From PVC group bacterium (GTDB taxonomy: Bacteria; Auribacterota; Erginobacteria; Erginobacterales; Erginobacteraceae), in the NCBI GenBank assembly GCA_040773245.1, contig JAXGWO010000003.1:6629-70628 (forward strand): 64,000 nt of DNA. Reading direction: 5' to 3'. Below, piece after piece: positions 55,280 to 64,000 of the stretch. Positions within the stretch are counted from its first letter, which is position 1, and each line of letters begins with the position of its first letter. A program made the position numbers and the translations under genes. Below the pieces are notes generated by a model, which ran no database searches, was not told the DNA's origin, and worked only from the letters and a program-made list of their open reading frames with translations.

Positions 55280-56461
55280 ATGACCGAGGGAGTCTCCATC
55301 ATCATCCCCACCCTGAACGGCGGGGCGAGATTCAAGCAGTGCCTGGAAGCGGTCAAGGCGCAGCGTTGCTCCCGGTCCCAGCAGTTGATCGTGGTCGACT
55401 CGGGCTCGTCCGACGGTACGATCGAAACTGCCCAAGGAGCGGGGGCCCTGGTCATCAGGATCGAACGGAAGGATTTTCACCATAGCCGGACCAGGAATTA
55501 TGCTCTCCAGCACGCCATTCACGACCGAGTGATCTTTATGACCCAGGACGCGGTCCCGACTTCGGCGGACTGGCTGGAGATTATCTCCGGCGGACTGGAA
55601 CCGGAGGGGGTCGCCGCCGCCTACGGCCGGCATCTTCCCCACGATGACGCCGATCTCTTCGCCTGGTTTGAAACCACCGCCGGCGGCGAGTTTCTGGGAG
55701 ATCGGGTGCTCGTCCAGGAACTGGGCGCGAACGATGATTTCCGCCGGATGCCCTACGGCCGGGCGGTCAGGTTGGCCCGCTGCGACAATGTCTGCGCCAT
55801 CTACCGGCGCGCCGGGCTGCTGAAGGTCCCCTTTCCCGATCTGGTCTTCGGTGAAGATATGGCCTGGGCCAAGGCGGCCTTGTCCCGGGGAATGAAAATC
55901 AAGTACGACCCGGCAATTCAAGTCCGCCATTCCCACAACCGGGGGCCGGATTACCGGTTCCGGCGGGCGCTGATCGCCAACTTCGTTACCGCCGAGATCC
56001 TGGGCCGGGTCAGGGAAGACCTGTCCTTTCTCACCGGCCGGGACCTGGAACGAGCGTCGGAAATACTGGAGGCCCAGCAGGCACGGATCGCCGGCGGGCT
56101 CGCGGGAAGGGAAGGCGCCGAACGGCGGCGGATCTCGCCGCTCTGGTCGATTCTCGATCGCCGGCCCGGCTTGCTGTCCGCCCTGACGCTGGCGCAGAGG
56201 CGGCTGGCCGTCCTCGGGGGGCGGAGGCGGTGGCTGCATAGTTTCCCCGGCGTGGCGGCCGCCAAGATCAACCTGGTGCTGAGCCGGGTGTCCCGGGCGT
56301 TCCCCCAGGCGGACGATCAATCATTGCTGGCCTGCGCGGAGCAGATGATCGGCTCGATTAAAGGGACCCTGTACGGGGAAGTGGCGGCCAGTCACCGGAT
56401 CAAGGGCCGCCTTCCTCCCGATCTGGACAGCATCGTCCGACCGTTTTTAAACGGCGTGTAA
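55280..56461 (+). CDS. Glycosyltransferase family 2; 393 aa
   Basis: VSIIIPTLNGGARFKQCLEAVKAQ ... LIVVDSGSSDGT GT-A signature. Confidence 0.75.
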   Translation: MTEGVSIIIPTLNGGARFKQCLEAVKAQRCSRSQQLIVVDSGSSDGTIETAQGAGALVIRIERKDFHHSRTRNYALQHAIHDRVIFMTQDAVPTSADWLEIISGGLEPEGVAAAYGRHLPHDDADLFAWFETTAGGEFLGDRVLVQELGANDDFRRMPYGRAVRLARCDNVCAIYRRAGLLKVPFPDLVFGEDMAWAKAALSRGMKIKYDPAIQVRHSHNRGPDYRFRRALIANFVTAEILGRVREDLSFLTGRDLERASEILEAQQARIAGGLAGREGAERRRISPLWSILDRRPGLLSALTLAQRRLAVLGGRRRWLHSFPGVAAAKINLVLSRVSRAFPQADDQSLLACAEQMIGSIKGTLYGEVAASHRIKGRLPPDLDSIVRPFLNGV

Positions 56462-56537
56462 ACAATCCTTTACGCTCATAAGCCTGCCACCAGCTGCCCG
56501 GCAGTGAAGCCGGTTGGCGCATCTTATCCCCACTCTT

Positions 56538-57776
56538 ATGCGGATCCTGCTGATAACCTCCCGGCTCCCCGCCCCCCCAGCCGGCCCCGGCGCGGGTCAA
56601 TTGACCTGCCGCTGGGCGCGGGAACTCTCGGGAACCCATTCCTACTCCCTCCTCTCCTTCGCCCGGAAGGAAGAGGAATCCCGGCTGCCCGCCCTGAGGG
56701 AACAATTCTCAACAGTCCGGATCGTCCCCGCCGAACGGGGAACGTTCAGCCGGCTGACCCGGATGCCGCTGGCCCTGAACAGGCCCTGGCCCGTCGCCGC
56801 CGCCGCCTCGCGGAGGCTGCCGGCCGCCCTGGGGGAGTTGCTGGCGGAGGGCGGGTACGACTGCGTGCAGCTGGAGAATTTCCCGATGGGACAGTTTGCC
56901 CGTTCCATCCCCGGGGATATACCGCGAATCCTGGTCTATCAGGACCTGGCCTCCGATCTCCTCCGGCAGCAGGTCCGGCTGACGCGGGGCCTGAAGAAAT
57001 ACCACTGCTTCCGCCAGTGGAGACTGAGCCGTTACTGGGAGAAGTGGTACGCGATCTGGTCGGGGAACGTCTTCGTGATGTCGCTCAAGGACCGGCGGGA
57101 GGTCGATTCCTGGGATATCGGAGTCAAGACTTTCATTATGCCTCCCCTGCCCGACCCCGGCCTCCTCTCCCGGCCGGAAGGGGATCGCGACGGGAAGACG
57201 GTGCTCTTCACCGGCGCCCTCCAGCATCCGGGTAACATCGACGCGGTCATCCGCCTGAAAGAGGAGATTATGCCCCGGGTCCGCCGGGAGTGTCCGGAGG
57301 CGAGATGCGTCATCGCGGGGGCCGGGGCGCCGGAACGGATCCGCCGGCTGGCGGCCGCTGATTTTCTGGTGACCGGGGAGGCGGAGCGGATCGAACCCTA
57401 TCTTTCCTCGGCTTCTTTGCTGGCGTTACCGCTCCGGGTGGCGGGGGGGATCAGCCTCGAGATCGTCGAGGCGATGTCCGCCGCCGGCCCGGTGGTGGCC
57501 ACCCGGGCGGCCAACGCCGGGGTCGGGGCCCGGGACGGGAGGGAGATCCTGCTCGCCGACCGGACGGAGGACTTCGCCGCCGCCGTGGTCCACTTGCTCC
57601 GGTCTCCCGGGGAGCGGCGGCGGCTGGGCCGGGCCGGACGGGATTGGGTGAAGGAACGATACGACCGGGAAGAGTCCCGCCGGAAGATGGAGGAGATCTA
57701 CCGGAAGATCGCCGAGGGCGGCGGACCCCCGGCCGGAGGTCGGATCCCGACCTTCCCGCCCTCCGGACAACATTAG
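56538..57776 (+). CDS. Glycosyltransferase family 1 (GT4); start taken at MRILLITS (track ORF starts at 56514)
   Basis: Typical GT4 N-terminus MRILLITSRLP and C-terminal GT-B domain (LEIVEAMSAAGPVVAT). Confidence 0.75.
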   Translation: MRILLITSRLPAPPAGPGAGQLTCRWARELSGTHSYSLLSFARKEEESRLPALREQFSTVRIVPAERGTFSRLTRMPLALNRPWPVAAAASRRLPAALGELLAEGGYDCVQLENFPMGQFARSIPGDIPRILVYQDLASDLLRQQVRLTRGLKKYHCFRQWRLSRYWEKWYAIWSGNVFVMSLKDRREVDSWDIGVKTFIMPPLPDPGLLSRPEGDRDGKTVLFTGALQHPGNIDAVIRLKEEIMPRVRRECPEARCVIAGAGAPERIRRLAAADFLVTGEAERIEPYLSSASLLALPLRVAGGISLEIVEAMSAAGPVVATRAANAGVGARDGREILLADRTEDFAAAVVHLLRSPGERRRLGRAGRDWVKERYDREESRRKMEEIYRKIAEGGGPPAGGRIPTFPPSGQH

Positions 57777-57895
57777 TATTGCATCGCCGCCGCTTACCGG
57801 ATATGGTGGCGGAACTCGCCGGCTCCGTTTTCACCCCGGTCGGCCGGTGATCCGGATTCAGTTCAACCCTTCAAAGACGGAAGAAATTCATAACG

Positions 57896-58882
57896 ATGAA
57901 GATACTGGTAACCGGCGGAACGGGATTCACGGGCAAGGCCCTGGTTCTCAAGCTCCTGCGCGACGGACACGAGGTCACCGCCTTGGACTACCAGGAAGGC
58001 CTGAAGAATGAGGAGATCCGCCGGTCCGGCGGGCGGGTGGTGATCGGGTCGGTAACCGATCCGGAGGTGGTGAAGTCCTGCCTGAACGGCGTCGAGGTCG
58101 TCCACCACCTGGCGGCCGCCTTCCGCGAACTGAACGTACCCAACAGCCACTACGAGAAGGTCAACATCGAGGGAACCCGGACGGTGCTCGACGCGGCGGT
58201 CCGGGCCGGGGCCTCCCGCTTCATCTACTGCAGCACCTGCGGGGTCCACGGCAACGTCGAAAACCCCCCCGGCGACGAGAACGCCCCCATCCATCCGGCC
58301 GACTACTACCAGCGGACCAAGTACGAGGCTGAACCGCTGGTCCTGCGTTATCACTCTGAAGGCAAGATTCCGGGGGTGATTCTCCGCCCCGCCGCCATCT
58401 ACGGCCCGGGCGATCCGGAGCGCTTCCTGATGATCTTCAAGCGGGTGGCCCGGGGCCGGTTCCCGATGTTCGGCAGCGGCCAGACCCTCTACCACCCACT
58501 CTACATCGACAACCTGGTGGACGCCTTCCTGCTGGCGATGGAGCCGGGCAAAGGCGACGGCAGCGCCTACCTGATCGCCGACCGCGAGTACCTCTCGATC
58601 GAGGAGCTGGTCCGGAAGACCGCCCGGGCCCTGGGGGTCGAGGTCCGGATCCCCCACTACCCGGTCTGGCCGGTGGTGGCGGCGGGACACCTCTGCGAGA
58701 AGGTCTGCCAGCCGTTCGGCCTCACCCCCCCGATCTTTCCCCGCCGGGTGGACTGGTACCGGCAGAACCGGGCCTTCGACATCGGCAAGGCCTGCCGGGA
58801 GCTGGGCTACGATCCGAAGGTCGGGATCGACGAGGGCCTGCGGAAAACGGCCGCCTGGTACCGGGAGAACGGGTACCTGTAG
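57896..58882 (+). CDS. NAD-dependent epimerase/dehydratase (SDR extended family); 328 aa
   Basis: MKILVTGGTGFTGKAL Rossmann motif. YxxxK (YQRTKYEAE). Confidence 0.85.
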   Translation: MKILVTGGTGFTGKALVLKLLRDGHEVTALDYQEGLKNEEIRRSGGRVVIGSVTDPEVVKSCLNGVEVVHHLAAAFRELNVPNSHYEKVNIEGTRTVLDAAVRAGASRFIYCSTCGVHGNVENPPGDENAPIHPADYYQRTKYEAEPLVLRYHSEGKIPGVILRPAAIYGPGDPERFLMIFKRVARGRFPMFGSGQTLYHPLYIDNLVDAFLLAMEPGKGDGSAYLIADREYLSIEELVRKTARALGVEVRIPHYPVWPVVAAGHLCEKVCQPFGLTPPIFPRRVDWYRQNRAFDIGKACRELGYDPKVGIDEGLRKTAAWYRENGYL

Positions 58883-58884
58883 AT

Positions 58885-60747
58885 ATGTGCGGCATCTGCG
58901 GCATCAACTGGCGCGACCCCGGGCTGGTCGCCGCGATGACCCGGGAGATCACCCACCGCGGACCCGACCAGGACGGGCTCTTCGGCGACGATCACGTCTC
59001 CCTCGGCCACCGCCGGCTCAGCATCATCGACCTCAGCGAGAACGGCCGGCAGCCCCTGCACAACGAGGACAACACGGTCCACCTGGTCTTCAAGGGCGAG
59101 ATCTATAACTTCCAGGAACTCCGCCCGCAGCTGGAGGCCCGGGGCCACCGCTTCTCCAGCCGCACCGACTCGGAAGTCATCATCCACGCCAACGAGGAGT
59201 ACGGGGTCGGCTGCCTGGAGAAGCTGCGGGGGATGTTCGCCTTCGCCATCTGGGACGCCCCCCGACAGAGGCTCTTCCTGGCCCGCGACCGGATCGGGAT
59301 CAAGCCCCTCTACTATCATTACTCCGGCGGCCGGCTGACCTTCGCCTCGGAGATCAAGGCCATCCTGGCCAACCCCGCCGTGCCCCGGAAGCTCAACCGG
59401 CAGGCACTCTTCGACTACCTCGGTTTCGAGTTCGTCCCCGCCCCGGAGACGATGTTCGCCGGGATCAGCAAGCTCCCGGCCGGCCACTACCTGTTGCTGG
59501 AAAACGGCAAACTGACCGTCGAACCATACTGGGACCTCCATTTCACCCCCCCCACCCAACTCACTTACCGGGAGGCCGCCGAACGGCAGATGGAGCTGCT
59601 CGACGACGCCGTCCGTTCCCACCTGATCAGCGATGTCCCCCTGGGCGTCTTCCTCTCCGGGGGGCTGGACTCCAGCTCGCTGGTGGCGATGATGCGCCGC
59701 CACATCCCCGGTTCCCTGAAGACCTTCACCATCGGATACCGGGACCGGACCTTCAGCGAACTCGAATACGCCCAGCAGGTGGCCGACTTCTTCGGCACCG
59801 AGCACACGGTGCTCTACATCGACGGGATGAAGCCGGAGTATGTCGAACGGGCGCTCTGGCACCTGGACGAGCCGATGACCGATCTCTCGGCCGTGCCGCT
59901 CTTCCTGGTCTGCCGGGAGGCGCGGAAGCACGTCACCGTCTGCCTGAGCGGCGAAGGCGGCGACGAGAGCTACGCCGGTTACGACCGCTTCAAGGCCAGC
60001 CGGCTGAACCGTTATTACTCCAGCCTGCCCGGTTTTCTTCGGCAAGGACTGATCCAGCGGCTGGCCGCCCGCTTGCCCGACCGTCCGCAGAAGAAGGGCG
60101 CGGTCAACGTCCTCAAGCGCTTCCTCGAGGGCTCCGCGCTGGACCCCGGGGGCGGGCACCTGCGCTGGCAGTATTTCCTCGGGCCGGCCCTGCGGGCCTC
60201 CCTCTTCCGGGACGCCTTCTGGGAGGGTGTCGACGACCACCCCTTCCGACAGCTCTCGGAAATGGCGGAAAAGTGCGACGCCGCCGACACCGTGAACCGG
60301 GAGATCTACCTGGATATGCGCTTTATGATGGCGGACAGCGTGTTGATGAAGGTGGACAAGATGAGTATGGCCAGCGCCCTCGAAGTCCGCGTGCCGCTGC
60401 TCGACCACGTCCTGGTCGAGTTCATCGCCTCGCTCCCCGGCAACTGGAAGCTGCGGGGATTGCAGACCAAGGCGATCCTCCGCACCGGTCTGAAGGGGGT
60501 GCTGCCGGAGAACATCGTCCACCGGGGCAAGCAGGGATACAGCCTCCCGGTCAAGCAGCTGCTCCGCAACGAACTGAAGGGCTATATGGTCGAGCTGCTC
60601 AACGATTCCCCCATCCTCCGGGAGCACCTCGATCTGGCCTACGTCAACCGGTTGATCGAGGAACACGCCGCGCTGGTCCACAACCACAACCACATCCTCT
60701 GGGCGCTGATCAACGTCGCGATCTGGCACAACCGTTTTTTCCGGTAA
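58885..60747 (+). CDS. asnB: Asparagine synthase (glutamine-hydrolysing); 620 aa
   Basis: N-terminal Ntn amidotransferase MCGICGI. PP-loop SGGLDSS in the synthetase domain. Confidence 0.9.
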   Translation: MCGICGINWRDPGLVAAMTREITHRGPDQDGLFGDDHVSLGHRRLSIIDLSENGRQPLHNEDNTVHLVFKGEIYNFQELRPQLEARGHRFSSRTDSEVIIHANEEYGVGCLEKLRGMFAFAIWDAPRQRLFLARDRIGIKPLYYHYSGGRLTFASEIKAILANPAVPRKLNRQALFDYLGFEFVPAPETMFAGISKLPAGHYLLLENGKLTVEPYWDLHFTPPTQLTYREAAERQMELLDDAVRSHLISDVPLGVFLSGGLDSSSLVAMMRRHIPGSLKTFTIGYRDRTFSELEYAQQVADFFGTEHTVLYIDGMKPEYVERALWHLDEPMTDLSAVPLFLVCREARKHVTVCLSGEGGDESYAGYDRFKASRLNRYYSSLPGFLRQGLIQRLAARLPDRPQKKGAVNVLKRFLEGSALDPGGGHLRWQYFLGPALRASLFRDAFWEGVDDHPFRQLSEMAEKCDAADTVNREIYLDMRFMMADSVLMKVDKMSMASALEVRVPLLDHVLVEFIASLPGNWKLRGLQTKAILRTGLKGVLPENIVHRGKQGYSLPVKQLLRNELKGYMVELLNDSPILREHLDLAYVNRLIEEHAALVHNHNHILWALINVAIWHNRFFR

Positions 60748-60754
60748 GGCAGGT

Positions 60755-63334
60755 ATGAAAAAACGGCAACTCCTGCCGGTCTCGCTGGGCGTATCCCTGC
60801 TTATCTGGTCCATCTGGAGCTGGCCCCTCCCCCGCTGGGCCGGGCGCGGAATCCCCTTCACTTACTGGGGCGGACCCGGGGCCGCCATCCGGCAGATGGA
60901 GGCCGGCGACCACCTCCAGCTGCTCTATCACTTCTGGATCTTCAGCGATATGCTCTCCGGCCGCACGCCCTGGATGTCCAACCCCTACGAGTTCCACACC
61001 GGCGACGAGGCGGCGCGGCGGGAGCCCGGACCCTACTACGCCCCGTTCTCCTGGCTGTACGCCCTGCTCGCCGTCTTCGGCAGCCGGGCGCTGGCCTACA
61101 ATCTCTCCGGATTGGCCGCCCTCTGGCTCACCTACCTCTTCACCTGGCTGCTGGTCCGCCGCTACGTCCCCTCGGGCTGGCTGGCCGGGATCTCGTCGGT
61201 GATCGCCATCATCCTCCCCTACCGGTGGATCAACCTGCTGGGGGGCAGCCCGACCGGGTTCGGGATGGCCGTCACCCCCTTTCTCCTCTGGGGCCTTGAC
61301 CGCGCCGTCCGCGACGGTTCCCTGGCCGGCGGCCTCTGGGCCGGCCTGGCGATCGTCTTCAGCTATACCAGCGATCTCCATATCTTCCTCTTCAACGTCC
61401 TGCTCGTCCTCCCCTGGTGCGCGGTCGCCCTGGCCGCCCGCGGCGGGTTCGAGTGGCGGTCGGCGGCGGCTTACCGGCGGCTGGGAGCGGCGCTGCTGCC
61501 GGTGGCGGCCGGCCTGGCCGCCGCGGTGATCGTCAGCCTGGGGACGAGGCGCGGCCTGGCCGGGAGCGTGATGGCGGAGGGCCGCACCCTGGAGGAGGTG
61601 GGGCTCTTCTCCCCCCACCTCAGCGGCCTCCTGGGCCGGTTTGACGATCACGTCTCCGGGCATATCTTCCTGGGCTACACGCTGCCGCTCCTCTTCCTGG
61701 CCGGGGCCGCGGCCACGGGAATCCGGCTCTGGCGCGACCGGCCCCGCCCCTGGCGGGACGGCCTGATTTACCTGCTTCTGTTCGGGGGGGCGGCGGTGAT
61801 CGTGATGCTGGCGACCGGGCCCTTCGGGCCGCACGGAGGCGTGTTCTGGAGGAAAGCCCGGGACTTTATCCCGCATTACAATATGATCCGTCAAACGGCC
61901 AAGGCCTACGGCATCCTGCCGCCGCTTTTGGCGCTCCTGGTTGCCCTCGCCGGCGCTTCCCTCGCCCGCCTGATCCGGTTCCCTCCGGCGGCCGGCCTCG
62001 CCGCCGGGGCGGCGGTGCTCCTGGCGGGATGGGAGTACCGGGCCCGCATCGATCCGGCCGTCTGCCTGCTGGCCGGGGAGGAACCCGTCTACGCGGCGGT
62101 CGCCGCCGACGCCGCCGGCCGGGGGATCGAACCCCATATCCTGGCGATCCCTCTCTGGCCGGGGAACTCCCACTACTCCTCACTCTACCAGTACTACTGC
62201 TCGCTCTACCGGATCCGGATGGTCAACGGCTACCGGCCGGCGGTGGACAGCGGTTACTTCAACGATATCTTCCTGGCCTACCAGGGCCTCAACCAGGGCT
62301 GCCTGACCGGCGAGCAGGCCGACAGCCTTCAGGCCCGGGGAGTGTCCCACCTGGTCCTGCACGAAGACATCTTCCCCGGCCAGGTCAGTCCCTTCCCCCA
62401 CGGCTACACGTTAGCTTCCCTGCTGGCCAACCCCCGCCTGGAGTTGCTGGCCCGCGAGGGGCCGGTCTGGTCATTCCGCATCGTCGCCGGGTCCGCGGAG
62501 GACCCCCGCTACCTCCCCGGCTCCGATATCTTCCCCGCGGCCCGGCACTGGATCTTCCGGAAAGAGGAAGAGGATCCCGACCGGCCGGATGAGAGGTCCG
62601 CGATCGGTTACGACGCGGACGCCAGCAACGGAAGTTATCTCGCCCTGCTGGAGAGCGGAGCCTCAACCGAGATCCCCGGCCAACCCGCGCCGCCGGCCCC
62701 GGACCTGCGCTGGATGGTGAGGCTGCGCGGCCAGGGGGCGCTGGAAGCGGAGGTCACGATGGATGGCCGGACCGTCGCGGGGGAGGTCGTCACCGTAGAG
62801 GCGCCGGAGTGGACCTGGATCACCCTCCCTGTACCCCGGGACGAGCACGCCGGGGTGGGACTGAGGCTCACGTTGCGCTCGGGGAGAGTCGACCTCTGCT
62901 CCGCGCTGCTCACCGCCGGACGGCCCTTCTGGCCGGAGGAGGCGGAGGCCGTCGAGGTCCCCGCCGGCAACTTCTTCCACCGGGGGGCGTCGGATCCGGA
63001 GAGCCGGTCCGTCGAGTTCCGGCCCGACCGGGACCGCCGGGGCCCGGCGCTTTACGGCCCCCGGCTCCCGCTCCCGGAGGGCCGTTACGAGATCGGCCTT
63101 GACTTCGACAGCCCCGCTCCGCCCGGCACCATCCTCGGCGGCCTCCAGGCGGAGCAGCTCTTTTCCGGGGGGAAGCGTCCCGTGGTCCACGTCATCGCCG
63201 GCCGGCCGGCCGGGCTGAAGTTCAACGTCCTGGGCAACCTGCCCTTCAACATCATCTTTCACTTTGACGGTAACGCGCCGGTCACCGTTCGCGAACTGAC
63301 GGTCCGGCGGCGCCCCCGGCGCGGGGAGGAGTGA
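60755..63334 (+). CDS. Large polytopic membrane protein (about 13 TM + ~350-aa C-terminal soluble domain), possible GT-C-type glycosyltransferase/polymerase; 859 aa
   Basis: Hydrophobic N-terminal two-thirds with periplasmic-loop acidic motifs. No catalytic signature I can name. Last gene before the acetyltransferase. Confidence 0.55.
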   Translation: MKKRQLLPVSLGVSLLIWSIWSWPLPRWAGRGIPFTYWGGPGAAIRQMEAGDHLQLLYHFWIFSDMLSGRTPWMSNPYEFHTGDEAARREPGPYYAPFSWLYALLAVFGSRALAYNLSGLAALWLTYLFTWLLVRRYVPSGWLAGISSVIAIILPYRWINLLGGSPTGFGMAVTPFLLWGLDRAVRDGSLAGGLWAGLAIVFSYTSDLHIFLFNVLLVLPWCAVALAARGGFEWRSAAAYRRLGAALLPVAAGLAAAVIVSLGTRRGLAGSVMAEGRTLEEVGLFSPHLSGLLGRFDDHVSGHIFLGYTLPLLFLAGAAATGIRLWRDRPRPWRDGLIYLLLFGGAAVIVMLATGPFGPHGGVFWRKARDFIPHYNMIRQTAKAYGILPPLLALLVALAGASLARLIRFPPAAGLAAGAAVLLAGWEYRARIDPAVCLLAGEEPVYAAVAADAAGRGIEPHILAIPLWPGNSHYSSLYQYYCSLYRIRMVNGYRPAVDSGYFNDIFLAYQGLNQGCLTGEQADSLQARGVSHLVLHEDIFPGQVSPFPHGYTLASLLANPRLELLAREGPVWSFRIVAGSAEDPRYLPGSDIFPAARHWIFRKEEEDPDRPDERSAIGYDADASNGSYLALLESGASTEIPGQPAPPAPDLRWMVRLRGQGALEAEVTMDGRTVAGEVVTVEAPEWTWITLPVPRDEHAGVGLRLTLRSGRVDLCSALLTAGRPFWPEEAEAVEVPAGNFFHRGASDPESRSVEFRPDRDRRGPALYGPRLPLPEGRYEIGLDFDSPAPPGTILGGLQAEQLFSGGKRPVVHVIAGRPAGLKFNVLGNLPFNIIFHFDGNAPVTVRELTVRRRPRRGEE

Positions 63335-63341
63335 ACCGGTT

Positions 63342-64000
63342 ATGAACGACGGCCAACGGTATAAATTCAAGGACACCCTCGGGGAAGTCCGGAAGTCGTC
63401 TTTCCGGAGATACCGGGATCTCTATTACGGCGATGCTTCTCTCTGGTACGTCATCAAATCCGAGCTGATCACCACCCTGACGGCCGGGGTCGCCGGGGCG
63501 CTCGGCCTGGCCTTGCGCCGGCGGCTCTATCCGGGTCTCTTCCGCTCCTGCGGACGCGGGGCGGTCTTCGGCCGGGGTCTCACCCTGCGCCACGCCCGGA
63601 AGATCTCCCTGGGGGACAACGTGATCCTCGACGACAACGCGGTGGTTGACGCCAAGGGCGGGTCCAACCGGGGGATCGAGATCGGGGACAACGTTTACGT
63701 GGGCCGCAACACCATCATCAACTGCAAGAACGGGGACGTGGCGCTGGAAACCGGGGTCAATATCTCGTCCAACTGCCAGATCTTCTCCTCCAACCGGGTC
63801 ACGGTCGGCGCCGGGACCGTGATCGCCGCCTTCACCTACATCCTCAGCGGGGGACAGTACGACCCCAACGACCGGACCAGGACTTTCGCCGGGCAGGACG
63901 GGACGATCACCCGGGGACCGACGGTCGTGGGCCCCAACTGCTGGCTGGCGGCCCAGGTGGTGGTCGCCGATGGCGTGAGCATCGGCGAGCACTGCGTGAT
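63342..64000 (+). CDS. Hexapeptide-repeat acyl/acetyltransferase (left-handed beta-helix), partial: runs off the window end
   Basis: ATG at 63342 after AGGAG-like GGGGAGGAG. Repeated [LIV]GxxxxI hexapeptides (IGDNVYVGRNTIINCKNGDVALETGVNISSNCQI). No stop before 64000. Confidence 0.6.
   Translation, partial: MNDGQRYKFKDTLGEVRKSSFRRYRDLYYGDASLWYVIKSELITTLTAGVAGALGLALRRRLYPGLFRSCGRGAVFGRGLTLRHARKISLGDNVILDDNAVVDAKGGSNRGIEIGDNVYVGRNTIINCKNGDVALETGVNISSNCQIFSSNRVTVGAGTVIAAFTYILSGGQYDPNDRTRTFAGQDGTITRGPTVVGPNCWLAAQVVVADGVSIGEHCV

Noticed and set aside
58807-63992. Minus-strand ORFs 58807-60861, 60710-62173, 62663-63376, 63282-63992
   Set aside because: Antisense to asnB, the 859-aa membrane protein and the hexapeptide acetyltransferase. 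No recognisable domains.
1-64000. CRISPR arrays, rRNA genes, IS/transposase genes
   Set aside because: No regularly spaced 25-40 bp direct repeats, no rRNA-like conserved stretches and no DDE/HUH transposase motifs seen on either strand. The only repeats are the short ones listed.

Overview
The window is 64 kb from a high-GC bacterial genome and splits into two compositionally distinct parts. By eye G+C is roughly 70% with strongly GC-rich third codon positions from about 11.1 kb to the end, and visibly lower (about 55-60%) with different codon usage over roughly 1-11,100. The low-GC part is a tightly packed, partly translationally coupled plus-strand gene array that reads like a horizontally acquired defence island. 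It encodes: a ResIII-type SF2 helicase fused to a C-terminal Mrr-like PD-(D/E)xK-type domain (1047 aa); a protein with a DUF4062-like N-terminus; a HerA/FtsK-like P-loop ATPase; a NurA-like (IDGS motif) protein with an inserted Cys4 zinc ribbon; a DNA N6A/N4C methyltransferase (FxGxG ... SPPY) whose start overlaps the NurA-like gene end; a possible PD-(D/E)xK endonuclease; and one more hypothetical. I do not recognise this gene combination as any named defence system. A HerA-NurA-like pair coupled to a helicase-nuclease fusion and a methyltransferase is the most interesting candidate for a previously undescribed, possibly modification-dependent defence system. Its left edge is cut by the window start. 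The high-GC remainder looks like host backbone. It carries a B12-binding radical SAM enzyme, an MFS transporter, TatD, RecJ, an M50 site-2 protease and pyruvate kinase. It also has a K+ channel gene bracketed by GATCGG/GATAGCGA repeats, and a TetR-TolC-MFP-RND efflux operon with a small PII-like gene. Further along are XerC/D-type recombinase, class IV aminotransferase, DUF1015, DUF503, a Mut7-C RNase-domain protein, nitroreductase, a flavodoxin/ferredoxin fusion, two tandem Hsp20 genes, an AraC/GyrI-like regulator, phytoene/squalene synthase-like and nitrilase-family genes, LpxD, and one tRNA with a CAT anticodon. The last ~20 kb is a large ABC-transporter-dependent (Wzm/Wzt) glycan biosynthesis locus. 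That locus contains a 1728-aa HAD-GT2-GT1 fusion protein and a WbdD-like methyltransferase with a coiled coil. Several clean intrinsic terminators, palindromes and short tandem repeats are visible. No CRISPR array, rRNA or transposase was seen. Many long ORFs in the track lie antisense to or out of frame with real genes and are high-GC artefacts. All domain calls are from motif recognition by eye, not database searches.
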